Source: an uncultured Actinomycetes bacterium
GTDB taxonomy: Bacteria > Actinomycetota > UBA4738 > HRBIN12
Direction: 5' to 3'
Length of the DNA: 64,000 bases
Assembly (NCBI GenBank): GCA_963734685.1
Contig: CAVTIC010000001.1
Span: 270,417 to 334,416 of the forward strand
Shown here: piece by piece, positions 16,601 to 26,327 of the stretch
Numbering within the stretch: the first letter of the stretch is position 1
Layout of the letters: every line of letters starts with the position of its first letter
Made by a program: the position numbers and the translations under genes
The notes under the pieces: model-generated
Database searches by the model: none
Told to the model about the DNA's origin: nothing
Seen by the model: the letters and a program-made list of their open reading frames with translations, nothing else

Positions 16601-17449
16601 ATGACGATCCAGAACGCGTTCGGATCGCTGCGCTCGATCTACGTACGTCCCCCCCGCGCCGACGATGGCGCCGCATGGCGGGAGTTCGGCTGGCACCAGC
16701 CCCCCGATCCGGTTCGGGCCGAGGCAGAGCACGCCGCCTTCCGGTTCGAGCTCGAGCGGTCGGGCGCCGACGTCGTGATCGGCGCATCGCCGGTTCCCGG
16801 CGACCCCGATGCCATCTACCCGTACGACCCCGTCCTGCTGACCGATCACGGCGCGGTCCTACTGCGACCCGGGAAGCCGGCACGTCGACGTGAACCGGAG
16901 GCGGTCGGCGTCGACCTTCAGGGCGCAGGCGTGACGGTTCTCGGAGCGCTGGAAGCGCCGGCGACCGCAGAAGGAGGTGACATGTTCTGGCTCGACGAAC
17001 GCACCTTGCTCGTCGGCCGTGGGTACCGGACGAACGACGACGGCATCGCTCAGCTCGGGACCCTGCTCGGTCCCGGGGTCGAGCTCGTCGTGTTCGACCT
17101 GCCCCACTTCCTCGGTCCAGCGGCCTGCCTGCACCTCTTGTCCTTCATCTCTCCGCTCGACCGCGATCTCGCGGTCGCGTTCGTGCCGATGATGCCGGTG
17201 CGCCTGGTCGAGCTCCTGAACGAGCGGGACGTCTCGTTGGTGGAGGTCCCCGAGGAGGAGTTCGAGTCGCAGGGGCCGAACGTGCTCGCGCTGGGACCGC
17301 GCGTCGCGCTGGCGCTCGATGGCAACCCTGAGACGCGCAGGCGCATGGAGCGCGCCGGCGTCGATGTGCGCACGTTCGTCGGCGATGAGATCTCGCGGAA
17401 GGGCGACGGCGGGCCGACCTGCCTCTCGCGGCCGCTCGACCGCGCCTGA
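16601..17449 (+). CDS. amidinotransferase-superfamily enzyme (dimethylarginine dimethylaminohydrolase/arginine deiminase-like)
   Basis: C-terminal GGPTCLSRPL (catalytic Cys in the GG-x-x-C context of DDAH/ADI/AGAT) and a compatible overall size of 282 aa. Confidence 0.6.
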   Translation: MTIQNAFGSLRSIYVRPPRADDGAAWREFGWHQPPDPVRAEAEHAAFRFELERSGADVVIGASPVPGDPDAIYPYDPVLLTDHGAVLLRPGKPARRREPEAVGVDLQGAGVTVLGALEAPATAEGGDMFWLDERTLLVGRGYRTNDDGIAQLGTLLGPGVELVVFDLPHFLGPAACLHLLSFISPLDRDLAVAFVPMMPVRLVELLNERDVSLVEVPEEEFESQGPNVLALGPRVALALDGNPETRRRMERAGVDVRTFVGDEISRKGDGGPTCLSRPLDRA

Positions 17450-17486
17450 CGGCGCGACCCATCGGTCACCGGTATGCTCCCGCGCG

Positions 17487-17969
17487 ATGTACGAGTATTG
17501 GTTGCTGCTGCACATCCTCGCGGCGATCACGTTCGTGGGCTGTCATGGCGTGTCGATGTTCGCGCTCTACCGCATCCGCGCCGTGGGACTCGATCGCGCA
17601 CGCATCGCCGATACGATCGCCTTCTCCGGCACCACCACCCGGGCGATGTACGTCTCCCTCATCGTCCTCGTCGTCGCCGGCTTCGTCCTCGGCGTGCAGG
17701 GGAAGTGGCTGGGTCACTGGTGGCTGTGGCTCGCCGTCGCCGTGTTGGTGGTCACGACCGTACTGATGACGCTGATCGCCAAGCCGTACTTCCAACGGAT
17801 CACGGCGGCGTGCGCCATGCGTCCGTCGGGAGTTCCCAGGGTGAGCGACGAGGAGCTGCAGGAACTGATCGCCGGCCCCAAGAGCAAGGCGCACCTGATC
17901 ACGACGATCGGCGTGGCCGGCCTGATCGTGATCGTCTACCTCATGGTGACGAAGCCCGGCTATCCGTAG
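17487..17969 (+). CDS. small 4-TM membrane protein (paralog of 19335..19808)
   Basis: MYEYWLLLHILAAITFVGCHGVSMFALYR… with four hydrophobic helices. Clear homology to the ORF at 19335. Confidence 0.5.
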   Translation: MYEYWLLLHILAAITFVGCHGVSMFALYRIRAVGLDRARIADTIAFSGTTTRAMYVSLIVLVVAGFVLGVQGKWLGHWWLWLAVAVLVVTTVLMTLIAKPYFQRITAACAMRPSGVPRVSDEELQELIAGPKSKAHLITTIGVAGLIVIVYLMVTKPGYP

Positions 17970-18974
17970 TCACGCGGGCGGGAGAGGGCGCGCGGCGGGC
18001 CCGTTCACGACCTCGCCGCCAGGACCGAACCGAGATCCGTGGCACGGGCATTCGAAGAGATGGTCGGCCGCGCTCCACGCAACGGTGCACCCCATGTGCG
18101 TGCATCGGGCCGACATCAGGTGCAGCTCTCCGGCCTCGTCCATGAAAGCCGCCAGGCGTTCCCCCGCCTGCACGAGGATGCCGCCTTCCCCCGGGCCGAG
18201 CTCCGAGGCGACCTGCGCGATGGTACGCGCCACCAGCACGTCGCGGTCGGCGAGGTCGACGACCTTCTCCGGCACGGGGTTCAGGAAGAAGCGTTTCGTG
18301 CCCGTCATGCCCTTGTTTCCGATCACGATCAGGTCGGCGTCGATGTCGCGCGCGACCGCCATGATCTCGTCCGCAGGATCCCCTTGTCGCAGGACGACGT
18401 CGGAGTCGGCTTCGGCGCCGTAGACGGCGACCGTGTCGTCGGTCACCAGCTTCCCGGTCGCGGGATGCCCCACGAACACCAGCGTCACCGACGCGCCGAC
18501 CGAAGCGGCGAGGTCGAACCCCTTGCGGGCGGCCCGGTCGGCGGTGGGGGAACCGTCGGTCGCGATCAGCACGCGGCGGTAGAGGCGCTCCTCGTCGCCG
18601 CGGTGAGCGTCCATCACGATCAGCAGGTCTCTGGGCGCTCGGTGCGAGAGGCGATCGGCGGTGGGCCCGAGCTCGGTGGCGCTGCGTCCGCCGCTCACGA
18701 CCACGAGGCCGACGTCTCGTGCCTCGGCGAGATCGATGAGCACGTCCGCGGGCGAGCGTCCGCCATGCAGCTCGCCCTTGACTCTCCTGACGCCGGCCTC
18801 GTGCACGGCGGTGACCGTAGCGTCGAGCACCTGCTGGGCGCCCTCGGGACGCTCCCAGATGTGGGCGACGATCAGCTCGGCCTTCCCGGCCTTCGCCAAC
18901 TCGATGGCGACGCCGCCCGTGGCCGCCGCACGGGCGGTGCCATCGGTGCCGAACAGGATGCGCTTGTACGCCAT
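17970..18974 (-). CDS. tandem universal stress protein (UspA x2) fused to a C-terminal Rieske [2Fe-2S] domain
   Basis: Two USP repeats (…ILFGTDGT…VVSGGRS…, …VLIATDGSPT…IVIGNKGMTG…) followed by canonical Rieske boxes CTHMGC …15 aa… CPCHGS. Confidence 0.75.
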   Translation of the reverse strand: MAYKRILFGTDGTARAAATGGVAIELAKAGKAELIVAHIWERPEGAQQVLDATVTAVHEAGVRRVKGELHGGRSPADVLIDLAEARDVGLVVVSGGRSATELGPTADRLSHRAPRDLLIVMDAHRGDEERLYRRVLIATDGSPTADRAARKGFDLAASVGASVTLVFVGHPATGKLVTDDTVAVYGAEADSDVVLRQGDPADEIMAVARDIDADLIVIGNKGMTGTKRFFLNPVPEKVVDLADRDVLVARTIAQVASELGPGEGGILVQAGERLAAFMDEAGELHLMSARCTHMGCTVAWSAADHLFECPCHGSRFGPGGEVVNGPAARPLPPA

Positions 18975-19334
18975 GGGGTCGACCTCCTCGGGGACCGCAC
19001 GCTACCGCGCACCGGGCCGCAGCGACATCTCCTCAGCCCGCGGTCCCCGACCCAGGGGGTCCCTCGGCCGATGCGATCGACGCGCAGCAGCCTTACGTTC
19101 GAGGTGGAGGAGGTGTGCACGATGACACATGTCTCCCCGACGACCTGGTTGGCGTCGTACCGCACGAAGGTCCGGGCGGCGGAGACCCCCGGCCCTCCGA
19201 TCAGATCGCGGGGCCGCTTGCCGCACAGGGTGCACCTGCGCCGGGGGATGCGGCTCCGAGGACGCATCCGCATGCCGCGCGCGTTCCGCCACGAGAAGGA
19301 GCCCCGCCGGACGTGAGCCCGTATCCTCCCGGTC

Positions 19335-19808
19335 ATGTACCGGCTCTGGGTCTTGATCCACCTGGTCGGGGTCGCCGGGTTCCTGGCGGCACACGGGGTC
19401 TCGGTGTTCGCGATGTTCGCGACGAGGACCTTCGAGGACGACCGTGAACGCATCCTGGAATGGTGCGAGGCCTCGAGGCGCACTACGGCGCCGATGTACA
19501 TCTCGTTCGGGTTGCTGCTGTTCGGTGGCGTCGCGGCCGGTATCGACAGGGCGCTGTTCGCCCAGTGGTGGCTGCTGGGGTCGTTGCTGCTGCTGCTCCT
19601 CCTCACCGCGTTGATGTCGGTGGTCGCCAGCCCGTACATGAAGCGGCTGCGCGAGGGGTGCACACGCTGGGCCGACGGCTCCTACACGATGTCCGACCAG
19701 GAGCTGCGCGCGACGCTCGCCGGTCCCGCGACGATGATCACGGCGACGACGGGCGGGCTCGGCCTGGTCGTGATCCTGTACCTCATGGTGTTCAAGCCCG
19801 GGGCATGA
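19335..19808 (+). CDS. small 4-TM membrane protein (paralog of 17487..17969)
   Basis: MYRLWVLIHLVGVAGFLAAHGVSVFAMF… with the same length and topology as its paralog. Its stop overlaps the serC start. Confidence 0.5.
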   Translation: MYRLWVLIHLVGVAGFLAAHGVSVFAMFATRTFEDDRERILEWCEASRRTTAPMYISFGLLLFGGVAAGIDRALFAQWWLLGSLLLLLLLTALMSVVASPYMKRLREGCTRWADGSYTMSDQELRATLAGPATMITATTGGLGLVVILYLMVFKPGA

Positions 19809-20908
19809 TGGATCGCGTCTTCAACTTCTCGGCCGGGCCGGCCACGCTGCCCCCTTCCGTGCTCGAGCAGGCACAACGAGACCTGGTGTCGTTGCCGGGG
19901 ATCGGCGCCTCCCCCCTCGAGCTCTCCCACCGCGGTCCGTGGTTCCGTGAGGTCATCGGCGAGGCGGTGGAGAACCTCCGGACGCTGCTCGCCGTGCCCG
20001 ATCCCCACCACATCGTGTTCTGTCCGGGCGGCGCGACCCAGCAGTTCTCGATGGTGCCGATGAACCTGTTGCGAGGCAGCGACCGGGTCGCCGAGTACGT
20101 GGTCACCGGCTCGTGGGGAGCGAAGGCCGTGTTCGAGGCAGAGAAGGAGGGGCGGGTGCGGGTCGCGTGGTCGGATGCGGCGCACGACTTCACCCGAGTG
20201 CCGACCGCCGACGAGATCACATCGGCACTGTCCCCCGCCTCCGCCTACGTGCACCTCACCACCAACGAGACGATCGAAGGCGTGGAGTGGCCGCAACCTC
20301 CGACGCCTCCCAGCGGCGTGACCCTCGTCGCCGACGCATCGTCGGACTTCCTGTCACGTCCGATCGACGTCGGGCGATTCGGGGTGCTGTACGCCGGCGC
20401 CCAGAAGAACGCCGGGCCCGCCGGGGTGACGATCGCGATCGTGCGTGAGGATCTGCTCGCGCGTGTGCCCGACGGACTCCCCACGATGCTCGACTACCGC
20501 ACCTTCGTCGAGCACGGATCGATGTACAACACCCCACCGGTCTTCGCCGTCTACGTGGTGATGCTCGTCACGCGTTGGATGCGCGACGAGGTCGGCGGTC
20601 TCGCCGAGCAGGAGCGCCGCAACCGCGAGAAGGCTCGACTGCTTTACGACGCGATCGACGGCAGCGACGGCTACTACCACGGCCATGCAGACCCGGCCTC
20701 ACGTTCGATGATGAACGTCACCTTCCGGCTGCCGGACAAGGACCTCGATGCCAGGTTCATCACCGAGGCCGCAGCGCGCGGCATGGTCGAGCTGAAGGGG
20801 CACCGCAGCGTCGGCGGGATCCGGGCGAGCATCTACAACGCGATGCCGGTCGAGGGCGCCCGGGCCCTCGCGGACTTCATGGCCGGGTTCCCCAGGAGCG
20901 CGGCCTAA
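19805..20908 (+). CDS. serC: phosphoserine aminotransferase
   Basis: MMDRVFNFSAGPATLPPSVLEQAQ…, PLP-lysine region …YAGAQKNAGPAGVT…, and a C-terminal …GHRSVGGIRASIYNAMP… typical of SerC. Confidence 0.85.
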   Translation: MMDRVFNFSAGPATLPPSVLEQAQRDLVSLPGIGASPLELSHRGPWFREVIGEAVENLRTLLAVPDPHHIVFCPGGATQQFSMVPMNLLRGSDRVAEYVVTGSWGAKAVFEAEKEGRVRVAWSDAAHDFTRVPTADEITSALSPASAYVHLTTNETIEGVEWPQPPTPPSGVTLVADASSDFLSRPIDVGRFGVLYAGAQKNAGPAGVTIAIVREDLLARVPDGLPTMLDYRTFVEHGSMYNTPPVFAVYVVMLVTRWMRDEVGGLAEQERRNREKARLLYDAIDGSDGYYHGHADPASRSMMNVTFRLPDKDLDARFITEAAARGMVELKGHRSVGGIRASIYNAMPVEGARALADFMAGFPRSAA

Positions 20909-21264
20909 CCACCGATCGCGATGTCGAACTCGTTGCCCTCGGGGTCAGCGAGGGTCCGCCACATGAAGCCCTCCAGCGACCGTTCCTGCCCGTCGGGCCA
21001 CGAGCCGCCCAGCGCGAGCACGCGCTCGGTCTCCGCCTCGAGATCGACAACGGAGAGATCGAGGTGCAGGCGGTTCTTGCCCGACTTCCCCTCGGCCACC
21101 CGCTGGAAGCAGATCACGGGCAGCGTCTCGCTTCCTTCCAGGAAGACGAACCGGCCCTCGTCCATCACCGCGTCGACCTCGGTGCCGAGCAGTTGCGCCC
21201 AGAACGACGCGAGACGATCGGGGTCGAGGCAATCGACCGTGAGGAACAGGAAGCCCGCCGCCAT
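20905..21264 (-). CDS. VOC/glyoxalase-bleomycin-resistance family protein
   Basis: 119 aa (MAAGFLFLTVDCLDPDRLASFWAQLLG…LHLDLSV…GNEFDIA). Its start overlaps the stop of the upstream aminotransferase (ATGA). Confidence 0.6.
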   Translation of the reverse strand: MAAGFLFLTVDCLDPDRLASFWAQLLGTEVDAVMDEGRFVFLEGSETLPVICFQRVAEGKSGKNRLHLDLSVVDLEAETERVLALGGSWPDGQERSLEGFMWRTLADPEGNEFDIAIGG

Positions 21265-22643
21265 CACCCGGCTCCGATCAGCTCGTCGGCCATCCCGGCG
21301 TAGATCTCGGTGTGGCGATCGACGTCGTCGGCGGTCGTCGCCGGCGACATCAGCGCCATGTTGTGGAAGGGGGTGATGAGGATGCCCCGATTCAACAGGT
21401 AGAGGTGGATGTACGGATCGACCTCCTCGTCCTGGCCGGCGGCCGCCTCGGCCCCGTTGCGCGCCTCGTCGGGCCGGAACAGGTACTCCACACGGCAGCC
21501 GAGCCGGACCACGTGCCATGGGAGCTCGCGGGACTCGATCACGCCACGAACCCCCTGTTCGAACCGCTCGCCGAGCGCGATCATGCGGTCGAACGCGTCG
21601 TCGGTCATGACCTGTCCCAACGTCGCGCGCATCGCGGCGAGGGAGAGTGCGTTCCCCGCCAGGGTGCCCCCCACGCCGCCGACGTCGGCGTTCTTCCAAT
21701 CGGTGTGTTCGTACACCATGCGGCTGACCGCCTCGCTCATGCCGTACGCGCCGCAGGCGATGCCCGCACCGAGGGTCTTGCCGATCGTGACGAGGTCCGG
21801 CTGCAGATTCCAAGCCTTCGTGCACCCGCCCGGACCGGCGCTGATCGTGTGGGTCTCGTCGATGACCAGCAGGCTGCCGTACTTCGTGCAGAGCTCGCGT
21901 ACGGCCTCATGGTATCCAGGGTCGGGCAGCACGATGCCGATGTTCGTGAGGGCCGGCTCGAACAGACACGCGGCGACGTCGCCGTGGGCGAGCGCGGTCT
22001 CGAGCCCCTCGAGGTCGTTGATCTCGACGACGCGCGTCGTCTCATCGAGAGGAACCGGTTTGCCGATGTTGCCCTCGCGTTCGACCGTGTTGCCATCGGC
22101 ATCGAGGGTGGCGAACGTCTCGTCGACCGACCCGTGGTAGCACCAGTTGTGCACGACGATCTTCGGGCGCTTCGTGATCTCACGGGCCCACCTGATGACG
22201 AACCGGTTCGCGTCGGTCGCCGTGACCGTGAACTGCCAGTACGGCACGCCGAACCGGCGGGCCATCTCGGCGCCGACCCACGTGGCGTCCTCCGTCGGCA
22301 GCATCAGCGTGATGCCCCTGGCCGCCTGCTCGGCGATCGCGTCCACCGAGATCTTCGGCGCGTGGCCGGCCATGCCGCCGGTGTCCCCGAGACACAGGTC
22401 GACGAACTCGTTGCCGTCGACATCCCAGAAACGCGCGCCTTCGGCTCGATCGACGTAGACCGGATGGTCGCCCGGCCAGCGGGTCATCCAGTTCATCGGC
22501 ACGCCGAACAGCAGCGATCGTTTCGCCTCGTCTGCGAGCTGCCCGCTGCGAGCGTGACGGCGGCGGAACGTCGCGCGTTCGCGCTCCATCAGCGCAGCCA
22601 GCCGTGAACGGTCGATCGTCTCCACGCGTGTCCTCCCGATCAT
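21264..22643 (-). CDS. class-III (omega) pyridoxal-phosphate aminotransferase
   Basis: 459 aa with AT-III motifs (…LVIDETHT…, GKTLGAGIACGAYG…). Divergent from the C45 gene. Confidence 0.8.
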   Translation of the reverse strand: MIGRTRVETIDRSRLAALMERERATFRRRHARSGQLADEAKRSLLFGVPMNWMTRWPGDHPVYVDRAEGARFWDVDGNEFVDLCLGDTGGMAGHAPKISVDAIAEQAARGITLMLPTEDATWVGAEMARRFGVPYWQFTVTATDANRFVIRWAREITKRPKIVVHNWCYHGSVDETFATLDADGNTVEREGNIGKPVPLDETTRVVEINDLEGLETALAHGDVAACLFEPALTNIGIVLPDPGYHEAVRELCTKYGSLLVIDETHTISAGPGGCTKAWNLQPDLVTIGKTLGAGIACGAYGMSEAVSRMVYEHTDWKNADVGGVGGTLAGNALSLAAMRATLGQVMTDDAFDRMIALGERFEQGVRGVIESRELPWHVVRLGCRVEYLFRPDEARNGAEAAAGQDEEVDPYIHLYLLNRGILITPFHNMALMSPATTADDVDRHTEIYAGMADELIGAG

Positions 22644-22726
22644 GTTGCCCGGCGACGGGCTCGTGCGCGGAGTCTAGCTCCGCGTACGAGGCCCGCGGCC
22701 GCCGTGGCATCGGTACGCTCACCCAC

Positions 22727-23848
22727 ATGAGCTGGCCCGTGGTACGCGCGTCTGGAGGTCCGCGCACGCGCGGACGAGCCTACGGCGACGGCGCCCGAGA
22801 TCGGGTGCACGGCTCGATCGACCTGTATGCAGCCGTCTTCGCGCACTACACCGGCCTGTCGTGGTCCCGCGTGCGCGACCGCGCGGGAGCGTTCGTCGAG
22901 TGGATCGAGGCGACCGACGTGCAACTGCTGCCCGAGATCGAGGGCATCGCCGAAGGGGCGGGCGTCGATGCCGAGGACGTGCTCGCGCTCAACGTGCGCA
23001 CCGAGGTCATGTTCGGTCTCGACGCCCGCGCCGCGCGCGCAGCAGCCAGAGAGTGCACCGCGATCGCTGCCGCGCCGCCGCGCAGCTCCGGTGGCCGGGT
23101 GTTCGTGGCTCAGAACTGGGACTGGAAACCCGCGGCCCGCGACACTTGCGTGTTGCTCGCGATGCGCCCGCACGAGCGACCTGGGTTCGTCACCCTCGTG
23201 GAAGCCGGGCTGCTCGCGAAGTGCGGCATGAACGAGGCGGGCCTGGGGCTCGCGACGAACGCCCTCACGTCGAGCCGTGACCGCGGCCTGCCCGGTGTGC
23301 CGTTCCACGCGATCCTGCGGCGCATGCTCACGAGCACCTCGCTCGACGAGGCCGTCGACGTGGCGACCGGTTCCCATCGGGCATCGTCCGCGAACTACAT
23401 CATCGGCTCACGCGACGGCCGGGTCGTCGACATCGAGGTGGCGCCCGGCGGTCCCGACGCGGCGTGGCGCGTGGAGGGCCCGCTGGTGTGCCACGCGAAC
23501 CACTTCATGCGGCCCGACCGACCGTTCAAGGACCTCGCGCCGCTCGAGGGTCGGGACTCGTTCGACCGTCACGCCTCGGCCGAACGGTCCGCGGAGGCCG
23601 TCGAGGCCGTCGACCCGTCGGTGATCGAAGCGGCGCTGCGCGCCCACGCGGTGCCGGAACGGGACGAAGGGTCGGTCTGCGCGCACGGCGATCCTTCCCT
23701 GCCGCCGGAAGCGGACTACGTGACCGTCGCCTCGGTGATCATCGACCTCACGGCCGGAGAGCTACGGCTCACCGCCGGGAACCCCTGCGAGGCCCCGTTC
23801 ATGTCGCACCGCCTCGTGGACCTGCTTCCCGTTGCCGCCGAGTCGTAA
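22727..23848 (+). CDS. peptidase C45 / acyl-CoA:6-aminopenicillanic-acid acyltransferase-family protein (Ntn-type acyltransferase/hydrolase)
   Basis: …ARECTAIAA… candidate nucleophile Cys and …FVAQNWDW… …GMNEAGLGLATNAL… blocks typical of the AAT/C45 family. Confidence 0.65.
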   Translation: MSWPVVRASGGPRTRGRAYGDGARDRVHGSIDLYAAVFAHYTGLSWSRVRDRAGAFVEWIEATDVQLLPEIEGIAEGAGVDAEDVLALNVRTEVMFGLDARAARAAARECTAIAAAPPRSSGGRVFVAQNWDWKPAARDTCVLLAMRPHERPGFVTLVEAGLLAKCGMNEAGLGLATNALTSSRDRGLPGVPFHAILRRMLTSTSLDEAVDVATGSHRASSANYIIGSRDGRVVDIEVAPGGPDAAWRVEGPLVCHANHFMRPDRPFKDLAPLEGRDSFDRHASAERSAEAVEAVDPSVIEAALRAHAVPERDEGSVCAHGDPSLPPEADYVTVASVIIDLTAGELRLTAGNPCEAPFMSHRLVDLLPVAAES

Positions 23849-23882
23849 AGGTGCGCCTGCGTGCAGCCGATGGGGTAGCACG

Positions 23883-25256
23883 ATGGAGTCCGAGCACGAC
23901 CTCCCCCGCCGGCGAGCCAACGACGGCCTCAGCCGCCGGCTCGCCGACCTGCCCACCGAGCCTTCTCCCAACGGCAAACCGCGCCGCAGGGACTATGACG
24001 GCTGGCTCGATCGGTGGGCAGCCACGGTCTCGGACCTGACCCGCCTGAAGAACACGCATCCGATGGTGGATGCGGTGATCGAGGAGCAGATCGGCAGGAA
24101 GATCCGGATCGGCGATCGCTGGCTCACCGACTGGGCGTCGTGCAACTACCTCGGCTTCGACCTGGACCAGGAGATCATCGACGCGGTGCCCGAGTACCTG
24201 GCGCGCTGGGGCACCCATCCCTCATGGTCCCGGCTGTTGGGCAACCCCCGTCTCTATCCGGAGATCGAAGAGCAGCTCACCGAGTTGGTGGACGGCGAGG
24301 ATGCGCTCGTATTGCCGACGATCACGCACATCCACATGTCCGTGATCCCGGTGCTCGTCGGCGACGGCACGATCTTCCTCGACGGGAGAGCGCACAAGAC
24401 CGTCTATGACGGCGCCATGGTCGCCGCGGGTCACGGCGCCACCGTCGTTCGGTTCCGGCACAACGACAGCGAGCACCTCGAGGAGCTGATCCGGGCCAGC
24501 GACCCGGGCATCCCGCGCATCATCGCGATGGACGGCGTGAACTCCATGACCGGCAACGCCCCCGACATGGCGGAGTTCAGCCGTGTCGCCGGCGAGCACG
24601 GCGCCCTGCTGTACGTGGACGACGCACACGGGTTCGGCGTGATCGGCGAGCGGTCGCCCGACGAGTTGTGCGACTACGGGACGAAGGGGAACGGCATCAT
24701 GCGTCACTTGGACGTGCCCTACGACGACACCGTGATGGTCGCGGGATTCTCGAAGTCGTACTCGTCGCTGCTGGCGTTCCTGGTGCTGCCGACGCGGTTG
24801 AAGGACGCGCTGAAGGTCCTCGCCCCACCCTACCTCTACTCGGGACCGTCGCCGGTCGCCTCGCTCGCGACGACCCTGAAGGGTCTCGAGGTCAACCGCA
24901 GTCGCGGCGACGTGTACCGCGCGGACCTGTGGCGCATGACGCACCGCCTGCTGGATGCGCTGCACGACATGGGCATCAGGACCCCGAACACCACCGGCTT
25001 CCCGATCGTCGAGGTTCCGCTCGCCAACCACGAGGAGATCGACGAGGTGGGCCAGTACCTCTTCGAGCACGGGCAGTACGCGACGATGGCTGCCTATCCG
25101 CTCGTGCCCAAGCACGAGGTCGGGTTCCGCATCCAGGTGACCGCGGCCAACACCGACGAGGAGATCGAAGGGCTGATCGCGGTGCTCGGCTCGCTACACG
25201 ACCACTTCCTGCTGGAACAGGGCTCCGATGCGCTGGCGCCCACCGGGCTCGCCTGA
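23883..25256 (+). CDS. class-II alpha-oxoamine synthase (serine palmitoyltransferase / KBL / BioF family), with ~60-aa N-terminal extension
   Basis: …TVVRFRHND… (compare SPT EIVRFRHNS), …LLYVDDAHGFGVIGE…, PLP-lysine AGFSKSYSS. The ATG at 23883 is the first start after the preceding gene's stop. Confidence 0.8.
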   Translation: MESEHDLPRRRANDGLSRRLADLPTEPSPNGKPRRRDYDGWLDRWAATVSDLTRLKNTHPMVDAVIEEQIGRKIRIGDRWLTDWASCNYLGFDLDQEIIDAVPEYLARWGTHPSWSRLLGNPRLYPEIEEQLTELVDGEDALVLPTITHIHMSVIPVLVGDGTIFLDGRAHKTVYDGAMVAAGHGATVVRFRHNDSEHLEELIRASDPGIPRIIAMDGVNSMTGNAPDMAEFSRVAGEHGALLYVDDAHGFGVIGERSPDELCDYGTKGNGIMRHLDVPYDDTVMVAGFSKSYSSLLAFLVLPTRLKDALKVLAPPYLYSGPSPVASLATTLKGLEVNRSRGDVYRADLWRMTHRLLDALHDMGIRTPNTTGFPIVEVPLANHEEIDEVGQYLFEHGQYATMAAYPLVPKHEVGFRIQVTAANTDEEIEGLIAVLGSLHDHFLLEQGSDALAPTGLA

Positions 25257-25269
25257 GGGCCACCCGCGC

Positions 25270-26028
25270 ATGTCCGGCGGAGCGAACGGCGGAGGCAGGC
25301 TCGAGGGGCGGACCGCCATGGTCACCGGCGGCACGTCGGGGATCGGCCTCGCGGTGGTATCGAGGTTCATCGGCGAAGGAGCCGAGACCACAGCGGTGGC
25401 CCGTCGCTATCGCCCCGAGGTCGACGACGTGGGGGCGCGATTCGTGGCCGCCGACGCCGCCGACCCGGACCTGATGCGAGCGGCGTTCGAGGCCACGGCC
25501 GATCGGGACGGGCCGCTGGACGTGCTGGTGCTCAACGCGGGCATCGCCGGCCTCGACGCCGAGACGCTCGAGGCGACCGACGTGACCGACGTGGCCGAGC
25601 TCCTGCGCGTGAACACGATGGGCGTGCTCCACGGGCTCGCCCTGGCGCCCCCGTACCTCCGCGACGGGGCAAGCATCATCATCACGGCGTCGGCGGCCAC
25701 GTCGTGGGCCTTCCCCGGGTACATGGGCTACAGCGCGTCGAAGGCCCCGCTCTATGAGTTGAGCCGGCACGCTGCCATGAAGCTCGGTCCCCGGGGGATC
25801 AGGGTCAACACGGTGAGCCCGGGGACGGTGCTCACGCCGATGCAGCCGGCAGACGATCCCGAGGCCCGCATCGCGCACGTCGCCACCTGCCTCGGCCGTC
25901 CGGCGCTCCCCGACGAAGTGGCCGGCGTGTACGTCTTCCTCGCGTCCGACGACAGTCGGTACGTGACCGGTACCGACATCAGGGCCGACGGAGGATGGCT
26001 CGATGGCCTCACCGAGGCGCACGCGTGA
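25270..26028 (+). CDS. classical short-chain dehydrogenase/reductase (SDR)
   Basis: TGGTSGIGLAV Rossmann motif, NAG, and a YSASK catalytic tetrad. It starts 14 nt after the oxoamine synthase stop. Confidence 0.8.
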   Translation: MSGGANGGGRLEGRTAMVTGGTSGIGLAVVSRFIGEGAETTAVARRYRPEVDDVGARFVAADAADPDLMRAAFEATADRDGPLDVLVLNAGIAGLDAETLEATDVTDVAELLRVNTMGVLHGLALAPPYLRDGASIIITASAATSWAFPGYMGYSASKAPLYELSRHAAMKLGPRGIRVNTVSPGTVLTPMQPADDPEARIAHVATCLGRPALPDEVAGVYVFLASDDSRYVTGTDIRADGGWLDGLTEAHA

Positions 26029-26327
26029 CGCGCTGCTCGCGGGTCTGTCCGAACCCAGGTCCGCCGCTGTTTCCGAGGCCCACAACGTCGCAGGTCAGAC
26101 GCGCTGACTACCCAGAACCGGGTATCAGCCATCGGGGGCCGGGACCGATAACGCAGAGGTGAAGAGCCGAGCGTGGATCGTGTATCCGGCGGTAGCGGTC
26201 GCGGCGACCGCCTTCTACTACCTGCTCGGCCACAACAGCTTCTTGTTCAACGTGATCGGGTTGTCGTCCCCGGTGCTGATCCTCGTCGCGGTGCACATGC
26301 ACCAACCCGAGAAGCGCGTCACCGTGG

